Shown piece by piece: positions 6,163 through 16,162 of a DNA stretch of 64,000 nt. Where the stretch lies: the IMG/VR virus record IMGVR_UViG_3300038443_002533, positions 160,001 to 224,000 of that record. One strand, 5' to 3'. The stretch's first letter is position 1. Every line of letters starts with the position of its first letter. Both the position numbers and the translations under genes were made by a program. Source of the DNA: a virus (taxonomy: Duplodnaviria > Caudoviricetes). Below the pieces are notes generated by a model. It saw nothing but the letters and a program-made list of their open reading frames with translations, was not told the origin of the DNA and searched no databases.

Positions 6163-6378
6163 ATGTGTGAAGAATTGACGTTACATCCACGGGCGATTTA
6201 CGCATATGAGCTGTCGGATATTCAGTTGCGCAGTTTGTACCGCCTCAACAAGAATGACCTCATGTGTGCGTGGCGCACCCCGACCGGGATCGTCGTGTAT
6301 CTCGATGGCCCCAAGCCGAACTGTTACGCGTGGAAGATGTACGGTTGGGAACCTTTTAACGAGGAAGAAAATGGGTAG
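6163..6378 (+). CDS. hypothetical phage protein
   Basis: AAGGA RBS; tiles the operon. Confidence 0.75.
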   Translation: MCEELTLHPRAIYAYELSDIQLRSLYRLNKNDLMCAWRTPTGIVVYLDGPKPNCYAWKMYGWEPFNEEENG

Positions 6379-6739
6379 ACATATTGCCAACGGGCAGATC
6401 GAAGTGAGTCTGCATCGGGATGCCGATTTCTCGTCTATGGCTGAGTGCAGTGCTTGGCTGGCCGAGCGTCTGAGATGGTATCCAAAGGAACATTACACGG
6501 TCACGGTCATGGCGGGCGGCACCTACGGCCTGAAAGGGGTGCTTTTCGATCAGATCTTCGAGCATGATTTTACCGCGATGCCAAATGTGAGCATCGTCGT
6601 GAAAAGATGGGACGACCACCCGAGTTTCTCGGCATACCACGGAACGAATCCTTACCCTGGTAACGGAACCCGTGTATTCGGCAATCGGGTTATGGTTGCA
6701 GCAATTCGGGCGATTTATCACCCGCTAGTGGCAAGTTAG
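6371..6739 (+). CDS. hypothetical phage protein
   Basis: Start reassigned to ATG 6371 after GAGGA. Confidence 0.7.
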   Translation: MGRHIANGQIEVSLHRDADFSSMAECSAWLAERLRWYPKEHYTVTVMAGGTYGLKGVLFDQIFEHDFTAMPNVSIVVKRWDDHPSFSAYHGTNPYPGNGTRVFGNRVMVAAIRAIYHPLVAS

Positions 6740-6823
6740 TAGTATGTAGTACGTAGTAGGTAGTGCATGATTTATCGGTGGAGATGGTGGGATCGAAAAC
6801 TCCATTCACCATCGAGAAAAATC

Positions 6824-7393
6824 ATGAAGAAAATTGCATCTTTGTTTCAACGTAACTATGACGGCGATCGTCAAGTGCGTAATGAAGTCGTTCCGGGTTC
6901 GGAATGGGTAATCCACGGCGAAGGGTATGCGACCCGTAAATGGGATGGCATGGCTATTAAGCTGGAGAACGCTCAGTTCTTTAAGCGTTATGATGCGAAG
7001 GCTGGCAGAACACCGCCCCCTGAATTCATTCCTGCCCAACCGGCGCCTGATCCACAAACTGGCCACTGGCCTGGTTGGGTGCCGTTGCAAGGGAAAGAAC
7101 TCAATCGCGTAGTAGCGGCGTATCAAGACAGCGGCATCACGGAAGACGGCACATTCGAATTCTGTGGACCGACGATTGGTACCCGCCATGGCGCCAACCC
7201 TGAACGGCTCACCAAGCACATCCTGGTGCCCCACGGGCAAGACATCCTGGCCGACTGTCCGCGTGACTTCGATGGGCTCAAAGCCTATCTGGCGAATGCG
7301 GATATCGAAGGGGTGGTGTGGTGGCATCCGGATGGTCGTAAGGTCAAGATCAAAGCAGCTGATTTTGGCCTCGTCAGGCACGCAGTAATCTGA
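6824..7393 (+). CDS. ATP-dependent RNA ligase (RLIG1/C12orf29, DUF5565-like)
   Basis: Ligase motifs RKWDG (I), EFCG (III), EGVVW (IV), KIK (V); HILVPHG motif. Confidence 0.7.
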   Translation: MKKIASLFQRNYDGDRQVRNEVVPGSEWVIHGEGYATRKWDGMAIKLENAQFFKRYDAKAGRTPPPEFIPAQPAPDPQTGHWPGWVPLQGKELNRVVAAYQDSGITEDGTFEFCGPTIGTRHGANPERLTKHILVPHGQDILADCPRDFDGLKAYLANADIEGVVWWHPDGRKVKIKAADFGLVRHAVI

Positions 7394-7405
7394 TGTAAGC
7401 TGAAT

Positions 7406-7434
7406 CGGAGGAGCTTCGGCTCCTCCGCTTATGC
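7406..7434 (+). terminator. stem-loop terminator (UUCG loop) followed by TATGC
   Basis: CGGAGGAGC-TTCG-GCTCCTCCG. Confidence 0.75.
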
Positions 7435-7457
7435 TGCCCGTTAATTAAGGGACCAAC

Positions 7458-7844
7458 ATGGTAAGTAGTTATGATTACAAGCGATTGGTGGCAGAGATTA
7501 AGAAATGCCCAACCCGACGCAAATACCAGCGTGCGTTTTTAGCGTTGGCGCAGGTCTTACGACAAGATTATTTGCCCATCAAACATGGTGGACACAACGA
7601 CGATGGTGAGATGTGTTTGTATTGGGATACCGGTACGCATTACTGCGATATCGAAGTCAACCCTTCAGCCACCTCGTTCTCGATTTATATCAGACAACGT
7701 AAAGACACCGAAGATGAAACAGAACGTTGCATCCGTCCCGAAAAAGAATGGTTCTTCGGAGCCGTCACCCTCGCCGAGTTCAGCGAAGACTGGATCACCC
7801 AACCCCTCACCCCCTTTAAAAAACAAAGCGGTGAAGAAGTGTAG
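7458..7844 (+). CDS. hypothetical phage protein
   Basis: 128-aa ORF with RBS. Confidence 0.75.
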   Translation: MVSSYDYKRLVAEIKKCPTRRKYQRAFLALAQVLRQDYLPIKHGGHNDDGEMCLYWDTGTHYCDIEVNPSATSFSIYIRQRKDTEDETERCIRPEKEWFFGAVTLAEFSEDWITQPLTPFKKQSGEEV

Positions 7845-7921
7845 CTGCCAGTGTTCCCACTGTGTCGCAATGGGGAATGTCCCCAAGAAGAAATAACCAA
7901 CAACATAATCAGGATATCCAC

Positions 7922-8923
7922 ATGAGCTATCAATCCAAAAAAGCAACGTGCCCGCTCTGCAAAGGAAACAAGACGGTCGATACCCAGCGCGAGGTCTTCA
8001 TCATCGGCGACGATGACAAACTGTCCGAAGATGTATTAGCGATCGCCGATGCGATGGCTGGCGATAACGCATGCCCGCATTGCAATGGCGTGGGCGAAGT
8101 GTCGGTACCGCCGTATAGCGACGGGAAAGGCGCGCTTCTGTCCACAGATAAGATGGCGGAGTTGGCCAAGGCAGGTACGGTATTGCGTTGCATCGGCAGT
8201 GCAGTGTTTGTCCAAGCTGTCGCCAACCAAGCTGCGCGTATTGTTCTGCCCGAGGATATCGTGGACACGTATGTCGGTTACTGGGCTGATCCTACCCGTG
8301 CCATCACACTGCGTGAGTATATCTTCCAGATCGCCCAAACCGCAGAAGAACTGGCGATGAAGATGTATGGGAATCTGGGCAACCCTATCTATGCCGGTCC
8401 ACGCAAGCCGGCGCAGCAACCAAGCGAAAAAGTCGAAACACCTCCTGCTCCACCAAGACCGTACTTCTTGACGGATGACCAGTACGATCTCATCGTGCGG
8501 ACCATGAAAAAGGTGTTTGGTCTCGATGGCTTGGAATTCAAGAAGTCCATCATGGATATCGCGAAGATCGCCCACGCCAATGGCGTCGAACAAACAACGA
8601 AAGCGATCCAAGCGTCGATGGCGGCCCATTACCCCGAACTTGGGCAGCCGTCACTTGTGCTGAGTCTGATCGATAACGTGGGTTATTACGCGAAAGTGCA
8701 AGTCTTGCTTTATGCGCAGGCTGCGATTGATGCCTACATCGAAGACATGGGGTATCCGCCTCGCGAGACGAGTATGCCTAACGATAAGGGGCAGTTCCTG
8801 GCGTTGTTTGAAGCCTTGATCTCGCAAAATCCTACCGCGTACGAACGTCCTGGTCAAACTGTGTATCAAGTCACCAAAGACGAACTGGAGTTGCTGTATG
8901 AGGTTCTGACCAAAGAAATTTAA
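7922..8923 (+). CDS. hypothetical protein with N-terminal DnaJ-type CxxCxG zinc-binding motifs
   Basis: CPLCKG...CPHCNG; start reassigned to ATG 7922 after AGGATATC. Confidence 0.8.
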   Translation: MSYQSKKATCPLCKGNKTVDTQREVFIIGDDDKLSEDVLAIADAMAGDNACPHCNGVGEVSVPPYSDGKGALLSTDKMAELAKAGTVLRCIGSAVFVQAVANQAARIVLPEDIVDTYVGYWADPTRAITLREYIFQIAQTAEELAMKMYGNLGNPIYAGPRKPAQQPSEKVETPPAPPRPYFLTDDQYDLIVRTMKKVFGLDGLEFKKSIMDIAKIAHANGVEQTTKAIQASMAAHYPELGQPSLVLSLIDNVGYYAKVQVLLYAQAAIDAYIEDMGYPPRETSMPNDKGQFLALFEALISQNPTAYERPGQTVYQVTKDELELLYEVLTKEI

Positions 8924-8926
8924 GTC

Positions 8927-8966
8927 GAGGGGGCTTCGGCCCCTTCACTATGCCGCCTATTTTTTG
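8927..8966 (+). terminator. stem-loop terminator, TATGCCG, T tract
   Basis: GAGGGGGC-TTCG-GCCCTTC then TATGCCG and TTTTTT. Confidence 0.75.
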
Positions 8967-9144
8967 TTCAGAAACTTTTTGGTATCCTTTTATCATCATT
9001 CTACATTACTTGTATGAAAGTCATCCGTAGCAGCAATCGATGTGCGGCTGATGTGGCACTAGAAATTTTCAAGTCTATATTCCAGTGGTGAATAAGAATA
9101 CCGATGTATGTATTCCTGCCCTTTCAACTATCTCGGAGAATACC

Positions 9145-10128
9145 ATGGACAATCAACAAGTTACCTTTTTCATCCCCGATGCTGAACAAGTTGCTCGCCT
9201 GATCCATGCGGATCCGGATCGTGACTTCCAACTGTTCGGGACCGGCGTACAAGTCTGGATCGGTCAAACCTACCTGCGTCTGAAGCAGAACGGCCTGCCG
9301 GTCAAACTCAGCCATAAAGTCCCGACCTCGGGCATCGTGGTGGTGCACGCTGACCACATCGGCATCGCCCTGCGCGCCCGTAGCTTGTTCTCCAACATCA
9401 CGTTGGTGACGGTGCGGGCTGACCGTCCGCCACGCAACATGGCGGATTATGAAATCGTCCAGAACGGCCACTCGGTCCGTAACGACCACACCTTCCACGT
9501 GCAGCACTGGCCGCAACCGGGCTTGGTGCAACGCGATGCACAGCGTGGTAGCCAAGTCAAGAACGTCGCGTTCAAAGGCGCTGTCGGTGAAATGGCCGAA
9601 GACCTGACCCGTCCGGCGTGGGCGGCTGATCTGGCTGCCCACGGTCTGGAATGGCGTACCGACGCGGTGGCTTTTTCGGACAACGCCTCGTCATACCAAG
9701 TGAATTGGAACGACTATCACGATGTCGACCTGGTGGTGGCCATGCGCAAAGATACGTCGCGTCTGTACACCAACAAACCGGCCAGCAAACTCATCAACGC
9801 GTGGCTCGCTGGCGTGCCGGCGATCCTGGGCCCGGAACAAGCGTTCCGTGAACTCAAGCAAGATGAGCTGGACTACATCGAGGTGAAGTCGGTCGAAGAA
9901 GCCCGCGCCGCGATCCTGCGTTTGCAAAACGACCCGGCCCTGTACCAAGCGATGGTGGAACGGGCCCGTGTTCGTGCCCATCAAGTCACGACCGAGCAAT
10001 GCACCGCGGCCTGGGCGAAGCTGTTGTTCGAAACCATCCCGCAGCGTAAAGGTTCGGTGGTCAAGGCACTGACCAAGTTGTTTGCGAAAAGCATGCGCAG
10101 CCGTTTGAGCTACATGTTGGCAGCATGA
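9145..10128 (+). CDS. putative GT-B glycosyltransferase
   Basis: C-terminal YHDVDLVVAMR...NKPASKLINAWLAGVPAI...YIEVKSVEEARAAILRL, typical of a nucleotide-sugar-binding domain. Confidence 0.6.
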   Translation: MDNQQVTFFIPDAEQVARLIHADPDRDFQLFGTGVQVWIGQTYLRLKQNGLPVKLSHKVPTSGIVVVHADHIGIALRARSLFSNITLVTVRADRPPRNMADYEIVQNGHSVRNDHTFHVQHWPQPGLVQRDAQRGSQVKNVAFKGAVGEMAEDLTRPAWAADLAAHGLEWRTDAVAFSDNASSYQVNWNDYHDVDLVVAMRKDTSRLYTNKPASKLINAWLAGVPAILGPEQAFRELKQDELDYIEVKSVEEARAAILRLQNDPALYQAMVERARVRAHQVTTEQCTAAWAKLLFETIPQRKGSVVKALTKLFAKSMRSRLSYMLAA

Positions 10129-10143
10129 AAAAAGGTAGGGACG

Positions 10144-10193
10144 CTGAGCTGACGGGGAAACCCGTCAGCTCAGTATGCCCGCTATCTTTTTTT
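10144..10193 (+). terminator. long stem-loop terminator
   Basis: CTGAGCTGACGG-GGAAAC-CCGTCAGCTCAG, TATGCC, T tract. Confidence 0.8.
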
Positions 10194-10198
10194 GATTC

Positions 10199-10206
10199 TA
10201 TATCAC
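10199..10206 (+). promoter_or_regulatory. phiKZ-type early promoter core TATATCAC
   Basis: Matches the TATATTAC-like motif repeated upstream of operons. Confidence 0.55.
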
Positions 10207-10310
10207 TTAAATAGCCCGGAAAAGTTAATTGATGACAAAGTGTTATTCTTTTCAAGAAACTTTACGGTATCCTTTTATCCGCTCCACCTATCCATTGAAA
10301 GGAGGCGTTA

Positions 10311-10742
10311 ATGCAAAGCAAGTCGTTTATCCAACCCCATCGGCGCCTGATGCTGAACACGGGTGGTTGGGTAACTAAGTTTCGCTTCTTACTGCCGTTT
10401 CTAACGGAAGATATCGATCAGGCGTTTCATGAAATCCTGTACGTGATGATTGAGTCGATGCGCTATCGCGATAAGGCGATGCGTGAAATCGTCACGATGG
10501 TGAAGAACCTGGAACAAACCATCGACGTGTGGGTGACCTGCAAAGAGGAGATCGTCCGCACCCTCAAACAACTGGCCTTAGAGATTTACTTTCAAGCAGA
10601 GGCACTCCATCTCTACAACGAGGACGGGATTCTGATGTACACCTACAGTCCCCATCCTGATCCCCATTTTGAAGACGTGATGCTGATCAGCGTCCCGCAG
10701 TTGACTTGGAACGGTGCCCTGTATGAGCCACGCAGCTATTAG
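10311..10742 (+). CDS. hypothetical protein, dispersed 'GLY' paralog family
   Basis: AGGAGG RBS; C-terminal LHLYNEDGILMYTY similar to 46288-47679 genes. Confidence 0.8.
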   Translation: MQSKSFIQPHRRLMLNTGGWVTKFRFLLPFLTEDIDQAFHEILYVMIESMRYRDKAMREIVTMVKNLEQTIDVWVTCKEEIVRTLKQLALEIYFQAEALHLYNEDGILMYTYSPHPDPHFEDVMLISVPQLTWNGALYEPRSY

Positions 10743-11283
10743 CCCGCATCGGGTATTTCTGATTGACCTGCATGATCCGCTCAGTCGTTTCATGCAAGTG
10801 TTGGAGGATTATTGCGACTTGGATTACCAAGACGGTGGCGGCATGCTGACCGAGCAAGAGATCGTGGTGTTGACCATGAACTTCTTGAACATCGCCCATA
10901 ACACCAACGAGGCGATCGAAGCGATGTCGATCCAAGTCAATACGTATTGTAAATACTACCCCACCCCGTATAACAAACATCGGATTTACGAAGCGATTGT
11001 GGTGTACATCCGCAGCATCCATCGCTTGTTTTTAGATGCGGGTCTGTATGGTGACGACAGCTATCTGGCTTACAGCTTCGGTGGATGGCATTTGCCGGGC
11101 GTACCACTCTTGGTACCGACCACTCATCTGCGTTGCTACCCACAGGGGATTTCCACCCTGGTAGACGCTGAACCCGTCGATCCCCGGCCGAGCCGGATCT
11201 TCCGCACCATCACTGAGTCCCACGATTCCTATTACAAAGACTGGCCTTTAACCCCACGCGCCACAGACATTCTTCCTTATTAA
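10723..11283 (+). CDS. hypothetical protein, dispersed 'GLY' paralog family
   Basis: LFLDAGLYGDDSYLAYSF motif. Confidence 0.8.
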   Translation: MSHAAISPHRVFLIDLHDPLSRFMQVLEDYCDLDYQDGGGMLTEQEIVVLTMNFLNIAHNTNEAIEAMSIQVNTYCKYYPTPYNKHRIYEAIVVYIRSIHRLFLDAGLYGDDSYLAYSFGGWHLPGVPLLVPTTHLRCYPQGISTLVDAEPVDPRPSRIFRTITESHDSYYKDWPLTPRATDILPY

Positions 11284-11319
11284 ACATCACAGCACTTAGC
11301 TTTTACACGTGAGGTCACT

Positions 11320-11694
11320 ATGCATCATCCTGTCGTTCTGCGCCACACCCACCGAACTTGGCTCAACAGCAAAGGTCAGGTCGTCTCAGCACTGCCGGGC
11401 GAAACCACGGAACCACGCACCGTGTCGATCAAATGGGAAGCCCGTGTGCTCGACGCTGCAACCGAACAACCGATCGAGGGTTTCCCGACCTTGAGCGGTA
11501 CCGACACCCTGGAGCAACACGCCCACCATGAAAGCGCCCTCGAAGAGCTGTACTACGAACGGCTGCGCTGGGTGGACGGTGATAAACCGGATATCGAACA
11601 ACTGAAGCAAAACGTCAACGCCGGGATCTGGACGCTCGATATCCAGATGGAAGATCCCACGCTATTGAACCCCGTCCCTGTCATGAACGACTGA
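11320..11694 (+). CDS. hypothetical phage protein
   Basis: GAGG RBS; followed by a terminator at 11701-11726. Confidence 0.8.
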   Translation: MHHPVVLRHTHRTWLNSKGQVVSALPGETTEPRTVSIKWEARVLDAATEQPIEGFPTLSGTDTLEQHAHHESALEELYYERLRWVDGDKPDIEQLKQNVNAGIWTLDIQMEDPTLLNPVPVMND

Positions 11695-11786
11695 TCATCT
11701 TCCACTCAGCCGAAAGGCTGGGTGGAGGTATGACGTTCTTTTTTTATGATCTTGCTTATTCTGTTGACAGAGATGGCCCTACGTGA

Positions 11787-11803
11787 TTTGACGACTATAT
11801 CAC
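11787..11803 (+). promoter_or_regulatory. phiKZ-type early promoter (ATTTGACGAC-TATATCAC)
   Basis: Conserved motif between a terminator and the next operon. Confidence 0.65.
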
Positions 11804-11858
11804 GATGATGAGCCATAACCAGGACTCCTCTCCTTCCACTTAACAACCAACAACAACT

Positions 11859-12449
11859 ATGCCGGGTAATTCCAAAGCTTCACGTAAACCGAAACACTCC
11901 GCGACACGTCCCACCCCGGTGGCTAAACAAATCGCAACCGCGTTCTCCCATCCACCGTTGGTGGTCGGGGATTTTATCAACCCTAATAGCTTCGTGAAGA
12001 AAGCCAGCGATCTCGCCCGCTTCTGTATGAATCGCATCGTCAACCAAACCGGTAACTTTGACGATTGGAACAAGTTGATGCACCGCATGTACGCAGGGTC
12101 GGTGGCGTATGCGGATTACTTCAAGCCCGACAACGGCATCGCTGCGACGATTAACGATGCCGTCGCTTCCCTCCAACTCATCATGGTGCGTACGCACTGT
12201 ATCGGGATCGATGGGTTCGGGATGCGTCCGGGTGAACATGCATTGGTAATCGATGCACTCGAACTGATCGATCGCTTGACGCGCAACATGACCAGCCAGG
12301 AAGTGCGCGATGCGTACAACAAGGCTGGGTGGTGGTTGGATGAGCTGGTCGCGCAAAACAAGAAAGCCAGTGACCTGTTCTACGAACGCCAAAAGATGCT
12401 CGGGCAGCTCGCACAAGAGTATCAAGCCGCACAAGCCGCAAGGGGTTAG
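11859..12449 (+). CDS. hypothetical phage protein
   Basis: 196-aa ORF with CAA-rich leader. Confidence 0.8.
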   Translation: MPGNSKASRKPKHSATRPTPVAKQIATAFSHPPLVVGDFINPNSFVKKASDLARFCMNRIVNQTGNFDDWNKLMHRMYAGSVAYADYFKPDNGIAATINDAVASLQLIMVRTHCIGIDGFGMRPGEHALVIDALELIDRLTRNMTSQEVRDAYNKAGWWLDELVAQNKKASDLFYERQKMLGQLAQEYQAAQAARG

Positions 12450-12450
12450 C

Positions 12451-12735
12451 ATGTATGAAGTGGGAAAAGTCTACATCTGGCAAAACCAGGTCGGGGAATG
12501 TGCAGCTTTAAATGGCACAGAAACCACAGTGCTGGAAGGTCCTTTTGTTTGGATCACCACCGTGACCCAGGCAAGGCAAACCGGTTGGTTAACCGATAGT
12601 TATCTGCCGGGTGAAGAAAAGAATGACCCGAACCAGATGGTGGCCTTCTTTGGCGATTTGCGGCTTAAAGACCCGCCTAATGGCGAAAAAATAATCATGG
12701 AGTTGTTCAAACAACCTGAAATGGAGACTGCGTAA
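12451..12735 (+). CDS. hypothetical phage protein
   Basis: Start reassigned to ATG 12451. Confidence 0.75.
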   Translation: MYEVGKVYIWQNQVGECAALNGTETTVLEGPFVWITTVTQARQTGWLTDSYLPGEEKNDPNQMVAFFGDLRLKDPPNGEKIIMELFKQPEMETA

Positions 12736-13076
12736 TGTGCGTGCCGGGCTATGAAGTGACGATGTGGGTGTGGGTCGAAAGCAAAACGACGGGACATACG
12801 CTGGTGGAACCGCGTCAGTTCACGGCGGTGGTGCATCCGCCTGTGTGGACGCAGGATGATCTGGTTGCGCTGGAAATGTCGCTCGATCATCAAGCCAAGC
12901 TGAAGTTCTTGGTCGAATTGCGCAAAGATCCGAATCCTTCGCCAAAGGTCCTCTCGATGTTGGTCGGTTCTGACTTCATCATTCGTGGCCTCTTGCAGAA
13001 GTGGAAATCCCCTCAAGACCAGCACGGTCAATATAAAACCGTGATCTACCCCCCGCATCAACTCCGGGCAGCATAA
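12735..13076 (+). CDS. hypothetical phage protein
   Basis: TAATG-coupled; terminator at 13081-13106. Confidence 0.75.
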   Translation: MCVPGYEVTMWVWVESKTTGHTLVEPRQFTAVVHPPVWTQDDLVALEMSLDHQAKLKFLVELRKDPNPSPKVLSMLVGSDFIIRGLLQKWKSPQDQHGQYKTVIYPPHQLRAA

Positions 13077-13187
13077 CCTACCCCATGACCCCTGCGGGTC
13101 ATGGGGGCGTATGCCCATAATAGAAAATCACCCACGGCGTTAAAGCTATGGTAGGAACTTCACAACTAACAATTAAAGGAAAGCAAC

Positions 13188-13688
13188 ATGAGCGACGAGC
13201 AAATCAAGAAGGAAGCGAAAAAGCTCGCTGACGCGAGCGACAACATGATGAATGTGGTCGCCAAAGCGATCCGCTTCGCACTGCAACATCAGCACAAAGA
13301 GATCAACATCAGTCTGGGCTTTTCACCGGAGATGGTTCCGCGCTCGTCCAAAGGTGTGCTGTCTGATAAACCGTTTGCGGCTGACGATTATACCACACAA
13401 GGCATGTGCTTGCTGGTGGTCAAGACCAACCCCGGCGCTGTCTTGACCGACGACATGCAAAAGCTCGTGTACGAGATGGAATCGCGCCGGGTGTCGATCG
13501 GGTCGCTGCAAGACAACGCTGATGTGTTCCCGGTGATCTTCTCAGTCAAGCATGGTGAAGATCTGGAAGAACTGGAACACCGAGACTATTGCCTGTTCAT
13601 GCGCAATGATCCGGAAGATCTGGCCGTCGTGGAATGCGGTCGTCACATTGCACAATTCCTCCGCAGCGGAACTCTGCCGCAAAGCTAA
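13188..13688 (+). CDS. hypothetical phage protein
   Basis: AAAGGA RBS with CAA-rich leader. Confidence 0.8.
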   Translation: MSDEQIKKEAKKLADASDNMMNVVAKAIRFALQHQHKEINISLGFSPEMVPRSSKGVLSDKPFAADDYTTQGMCLLVVKTNPGAVLTDDMQKLVYEMESRRVSIGSLQDNADVFPVIFSVKHGEDLEELEHRDYCLFMRNDPEDLAVVECGRHIAQFLRSGTLPQS

Positions 13689-13721
13689 ATCGCATCTATA
13701 ACTAACAACAAGGATATCAAC

Positions 13722-13931
13722 ATGATTCACCATCAATACGACCCGCTCGTTCTGTTCTCGGAAATGCCGAGCACCCAACCCACCGTCACGGTAACGGAAG
13801 CACCGGCGGTGGTCCAGAAACCAGCACCGATTCTGCCCTACCATGTCTTCGAGATCGATGGTCATCCGTTCGCCACGATCTACAAGAACGCGGACGACTA
13901 CAAAGACGCCCCAGATCTCGGGCACTGCTAA
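13722..13931 (+). CDS. hypothetical phage protein
   Basis: AACAACAAGGATATC leader. Confidence 0.7.
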   Translation: MIHHQYDPLVLFSEMPSTQPTVTVTEAPAVVQKPAPILPYHVFEIDGHPFATIYKNADDYKDAPDLGHC

Positions 13932-13941
13932 GGAGAGCATC

Positions 13942-14496
13942 ATGAACTTGCAAGAAGCTATCCAGGATGTGTGCCTGCGCAAACCCATCGCGGCCCCTTT
14001 CTTTGTGCCGGTCCATCAGGAAGCGTTGACGAAACAACATCTCGCGAAGACACGGACCAGCGCTCTACTTCGGCTGAGCCCTGAGGCACGGGAAATTTTG
14101 ATCAAGTCCAATCCGGTCTCACAAGAGGCTCTTCGAGACGTGGTGTCCGCGCTGCGTAATTTGTCCAACTCGCTCAAGTGTACTTTCGTCACGGCTAAAG
14201 CGCCTGTGCTTGAACCACTTACGGAAGAGAAGATGAAACAAATTCTCGACAACACGCACGTCATCGGCTTTGACCTTAGTGGAAACGCGAGTGATGTGAC
14301 CACCGTTTTCGATATGCAGGTTCCGAGGGATCAAGCGATTTTCACCGACAGCGATAAGTTCCTGACGGTTCAGCGCGGTAAGCGTCGTCGTGGTCAATCG
14401 GAATCGTTTCAATTCCACGCTGTTTTTGACGAGAACAGTACTGTCCACATCGATGAAGTCAAAGAGCTTCCACCACCCAAACCCGAAGATCAATAA
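13942..14496 (+). CDS. hypothetical phage protein
   Basis: Start reassigned to ATG 13942 after AAGGAG. Confidence 0.8.
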   Translation: MNLQEAIQDVCLRKPIAAPFFVPVHQEALTKQHLAKTRTSALLRLSPEAREILIKSNPVSQEALRDVVSALRNLSNSLKCTFVTAKAPVLEPLTEEKMKQILDNTHVIGFDLSGNASDVTTVFDMQVPRDQAIFTDSDKFLTVQRGKRRRGQSESFQFHAVFDENSTVHIDEVKELPPPKPEDQ

Positions 14497-14505
14497 GGAA
14501 CCCGT

Positions 14506-14919
14506 ATGTACAATCTCAGAAAAGACAAAGGTTTGCTGTACGGCGAGAATGTGTTTAACATCTTGGTCACTGCACCGGGTTACGAACATGGTGATGATGA
14601 CCGCACCATCGAAATCATGGCGCGTGCTGCGACATTGGGCGGTTTTTCCGCTTATCGGTTTGAAATCGATAACTTTAAATCGGACGTGTATGCGTGGATA
14701 AAATGCAACTACGTGACCGATGGTATCGACGTTGTTCTCGGTACGGGCGAAACCACCGTGTACGATGATAAGCGTGGTCGCGTACCGCTCGATACCGCAA
14801 TCGTGATCGAATTGCACGGCGACGAATTTCACCAAGCCGCCAAAGCCGTGTATCAGTTTCTCGTCCATGGCAATACGGATTTGCGGCACACGCATCGCCA
14901 ACCTTACCAGCGTTATTAA
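14506..14919 (+). CDS. hypothetical phage protein
   Basis: AAGGA RBS. Confidence 0.8.
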   Translation: MYNLRKDKGLLYGENVFNILVTAPGYEHGDDDRTIEIMARAATLGGFSAYRFEIDNFKSDVYAWIKCNYVTDGIDVVLGTGETTVYDDKRGRVPLDTAIVIELHGDEFHQAAKAVYQFLVHGNTDLRHTHRQPYQRY

Positions 14920-14950
14920 CACCACCTCAACCACAAGAAAGGATATCACC

Positions 14951-16162
14951 ATGAACAATAAAGACAACAAGGTCGTGCCTATCCGGCCTGGTGTGGAAAT
15001 CAAAAGGCCAACCGACACGACCGTTCGCTCGCTCGGGGAAGCGGAAGTCAATCTTCCTCCCACCACGCTTCGCTCCTATGCCGGGGTCGAACAAATGATG
15101 CAACAGACTTTGGAAAAACAGCATTTCGGTATCCTAAGTCATCTGAATCAACGGCAGCGCACTGAAGGGCCGCCGAAGAATGACGATTTCGATCCACTGG
15201 CATGGCAGCATCTGCTTAACGTCGAACACCTGACCGATAAGCCTGACCGCTTCCGTCCGACACAAACGCCACCCGAGAAACGTAATAAAATTCGCAACGC
15301 ATGCGTTTCCGGCCACTTCCCGGGTGAAGAAAAGAAATGCCCGCTCTGCCAGCGAGCGCGGTTCAATACCCTGGTGACCGGTTATTACATAGACAAACCC
15401 GGCCTGCCGCAGCTGCGTGAAACGATCATGCGCATGATCGGCGAAGGTCGGTATGATTCCGAGGATTACCGGTTCATCATGGACTACTTGGGTTTGCCGC
15501 ACAACATCGATCTGGATGGATTGAAAAAGTTCTACAACAAAATCCACAAGATCGAAACGATGTCTCGTTGGGCCAACAGCGCTCGCGATGGTCTGTTCTT
15601 TATCAGACACCCACTACTGGGTGAAATGGTGCCTCTGGCGTCCCCGTATTACGCTGGATCCGGACTGGTGGCTTCGCTCATCCAGATCGATGAGCAACTC
15701 CGCGAGATCTATAAGGAGGCAGCCACAATCAACTACGAAACCTCGTGGGCCGCCCTCGACCCGTTGGGTAAACTGCCTGACAATAAAGGCATGTCCGCAT
15801 CCAAGGTGAGTCTCGACATCGAAGCCGATCCGTTATCGGGGAAAGGGCCAGCCATCGTGTACCACACCATCGGCGGCGATGCCGAGCATCTTTACGCTGC
15901 CGCAAAGCGTAATCGTCCGTCCGTCGCCACCGGTATGGATAGAACCACGGTTCTTATCGAACCCGGTAATCCATTTGGTGCGATTATCGGTGGTCGGCAA
16001 GAGCGTCGCCGCCTCGAAATGTTTCATAAGCTGAACACGGGTTACAAACTCAAACGTGCGGATGGTCCTAAGAAGCGCGGCGTTAAGAACACCGATCAGC
16101 TCGTCAAGGATATCAAACCGCATCCGCTGCTCAAACACCTCATCAAGAAAACGGAGAAATAA
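14951..16162 (+). CDS. hypothetical protein with a CxxxH...CxxC zinc-finger-like motif
   Basis: CVSGH...CPLC; start at ATG 14951 after AAAGGATATCACC. Confidence 0.85.
   Translation: MNNKDNKVVPIRPGVEIKRPTDTTVRSLGEAEVNLPPTTLRSYAGVEQMMQQTLEKQHFGILSHLNQRQRTEGPPKNDDFDPLAWQHLLNVEHLTDKPDRFRPTQTPPEKRNKIRNACVSGHFPGEEKKCPLCQRARFNTLVTGYYIDKPGLPQLRETIMRMIGEGRYDSEDYRFIMDYLGLPHNIDLDGLKKFYNKIHKIETMSRWANSARDGLFFIRHPLLGEMVPLASPYYAGSGLVASLIQIDEQLREIYKEAATINYETSWAALDPLGKLPDNKGMSASKVSLDIEADPLSGKGPAIVYHTIGGDAEHLYAAAKRNRPSVATGMDRTTVLIEPGNPFGAIIGGRQERRRLEMFHKLNTGYKLKRADGPKKRGVKNTDQLVKDIKPHPLLKHLIKKTEK

Noticed and set aside
6735-6765. GTA-rich low-complexity run upstream of the RNA ligase
   Set aside because: Too short and irregular to assign a function
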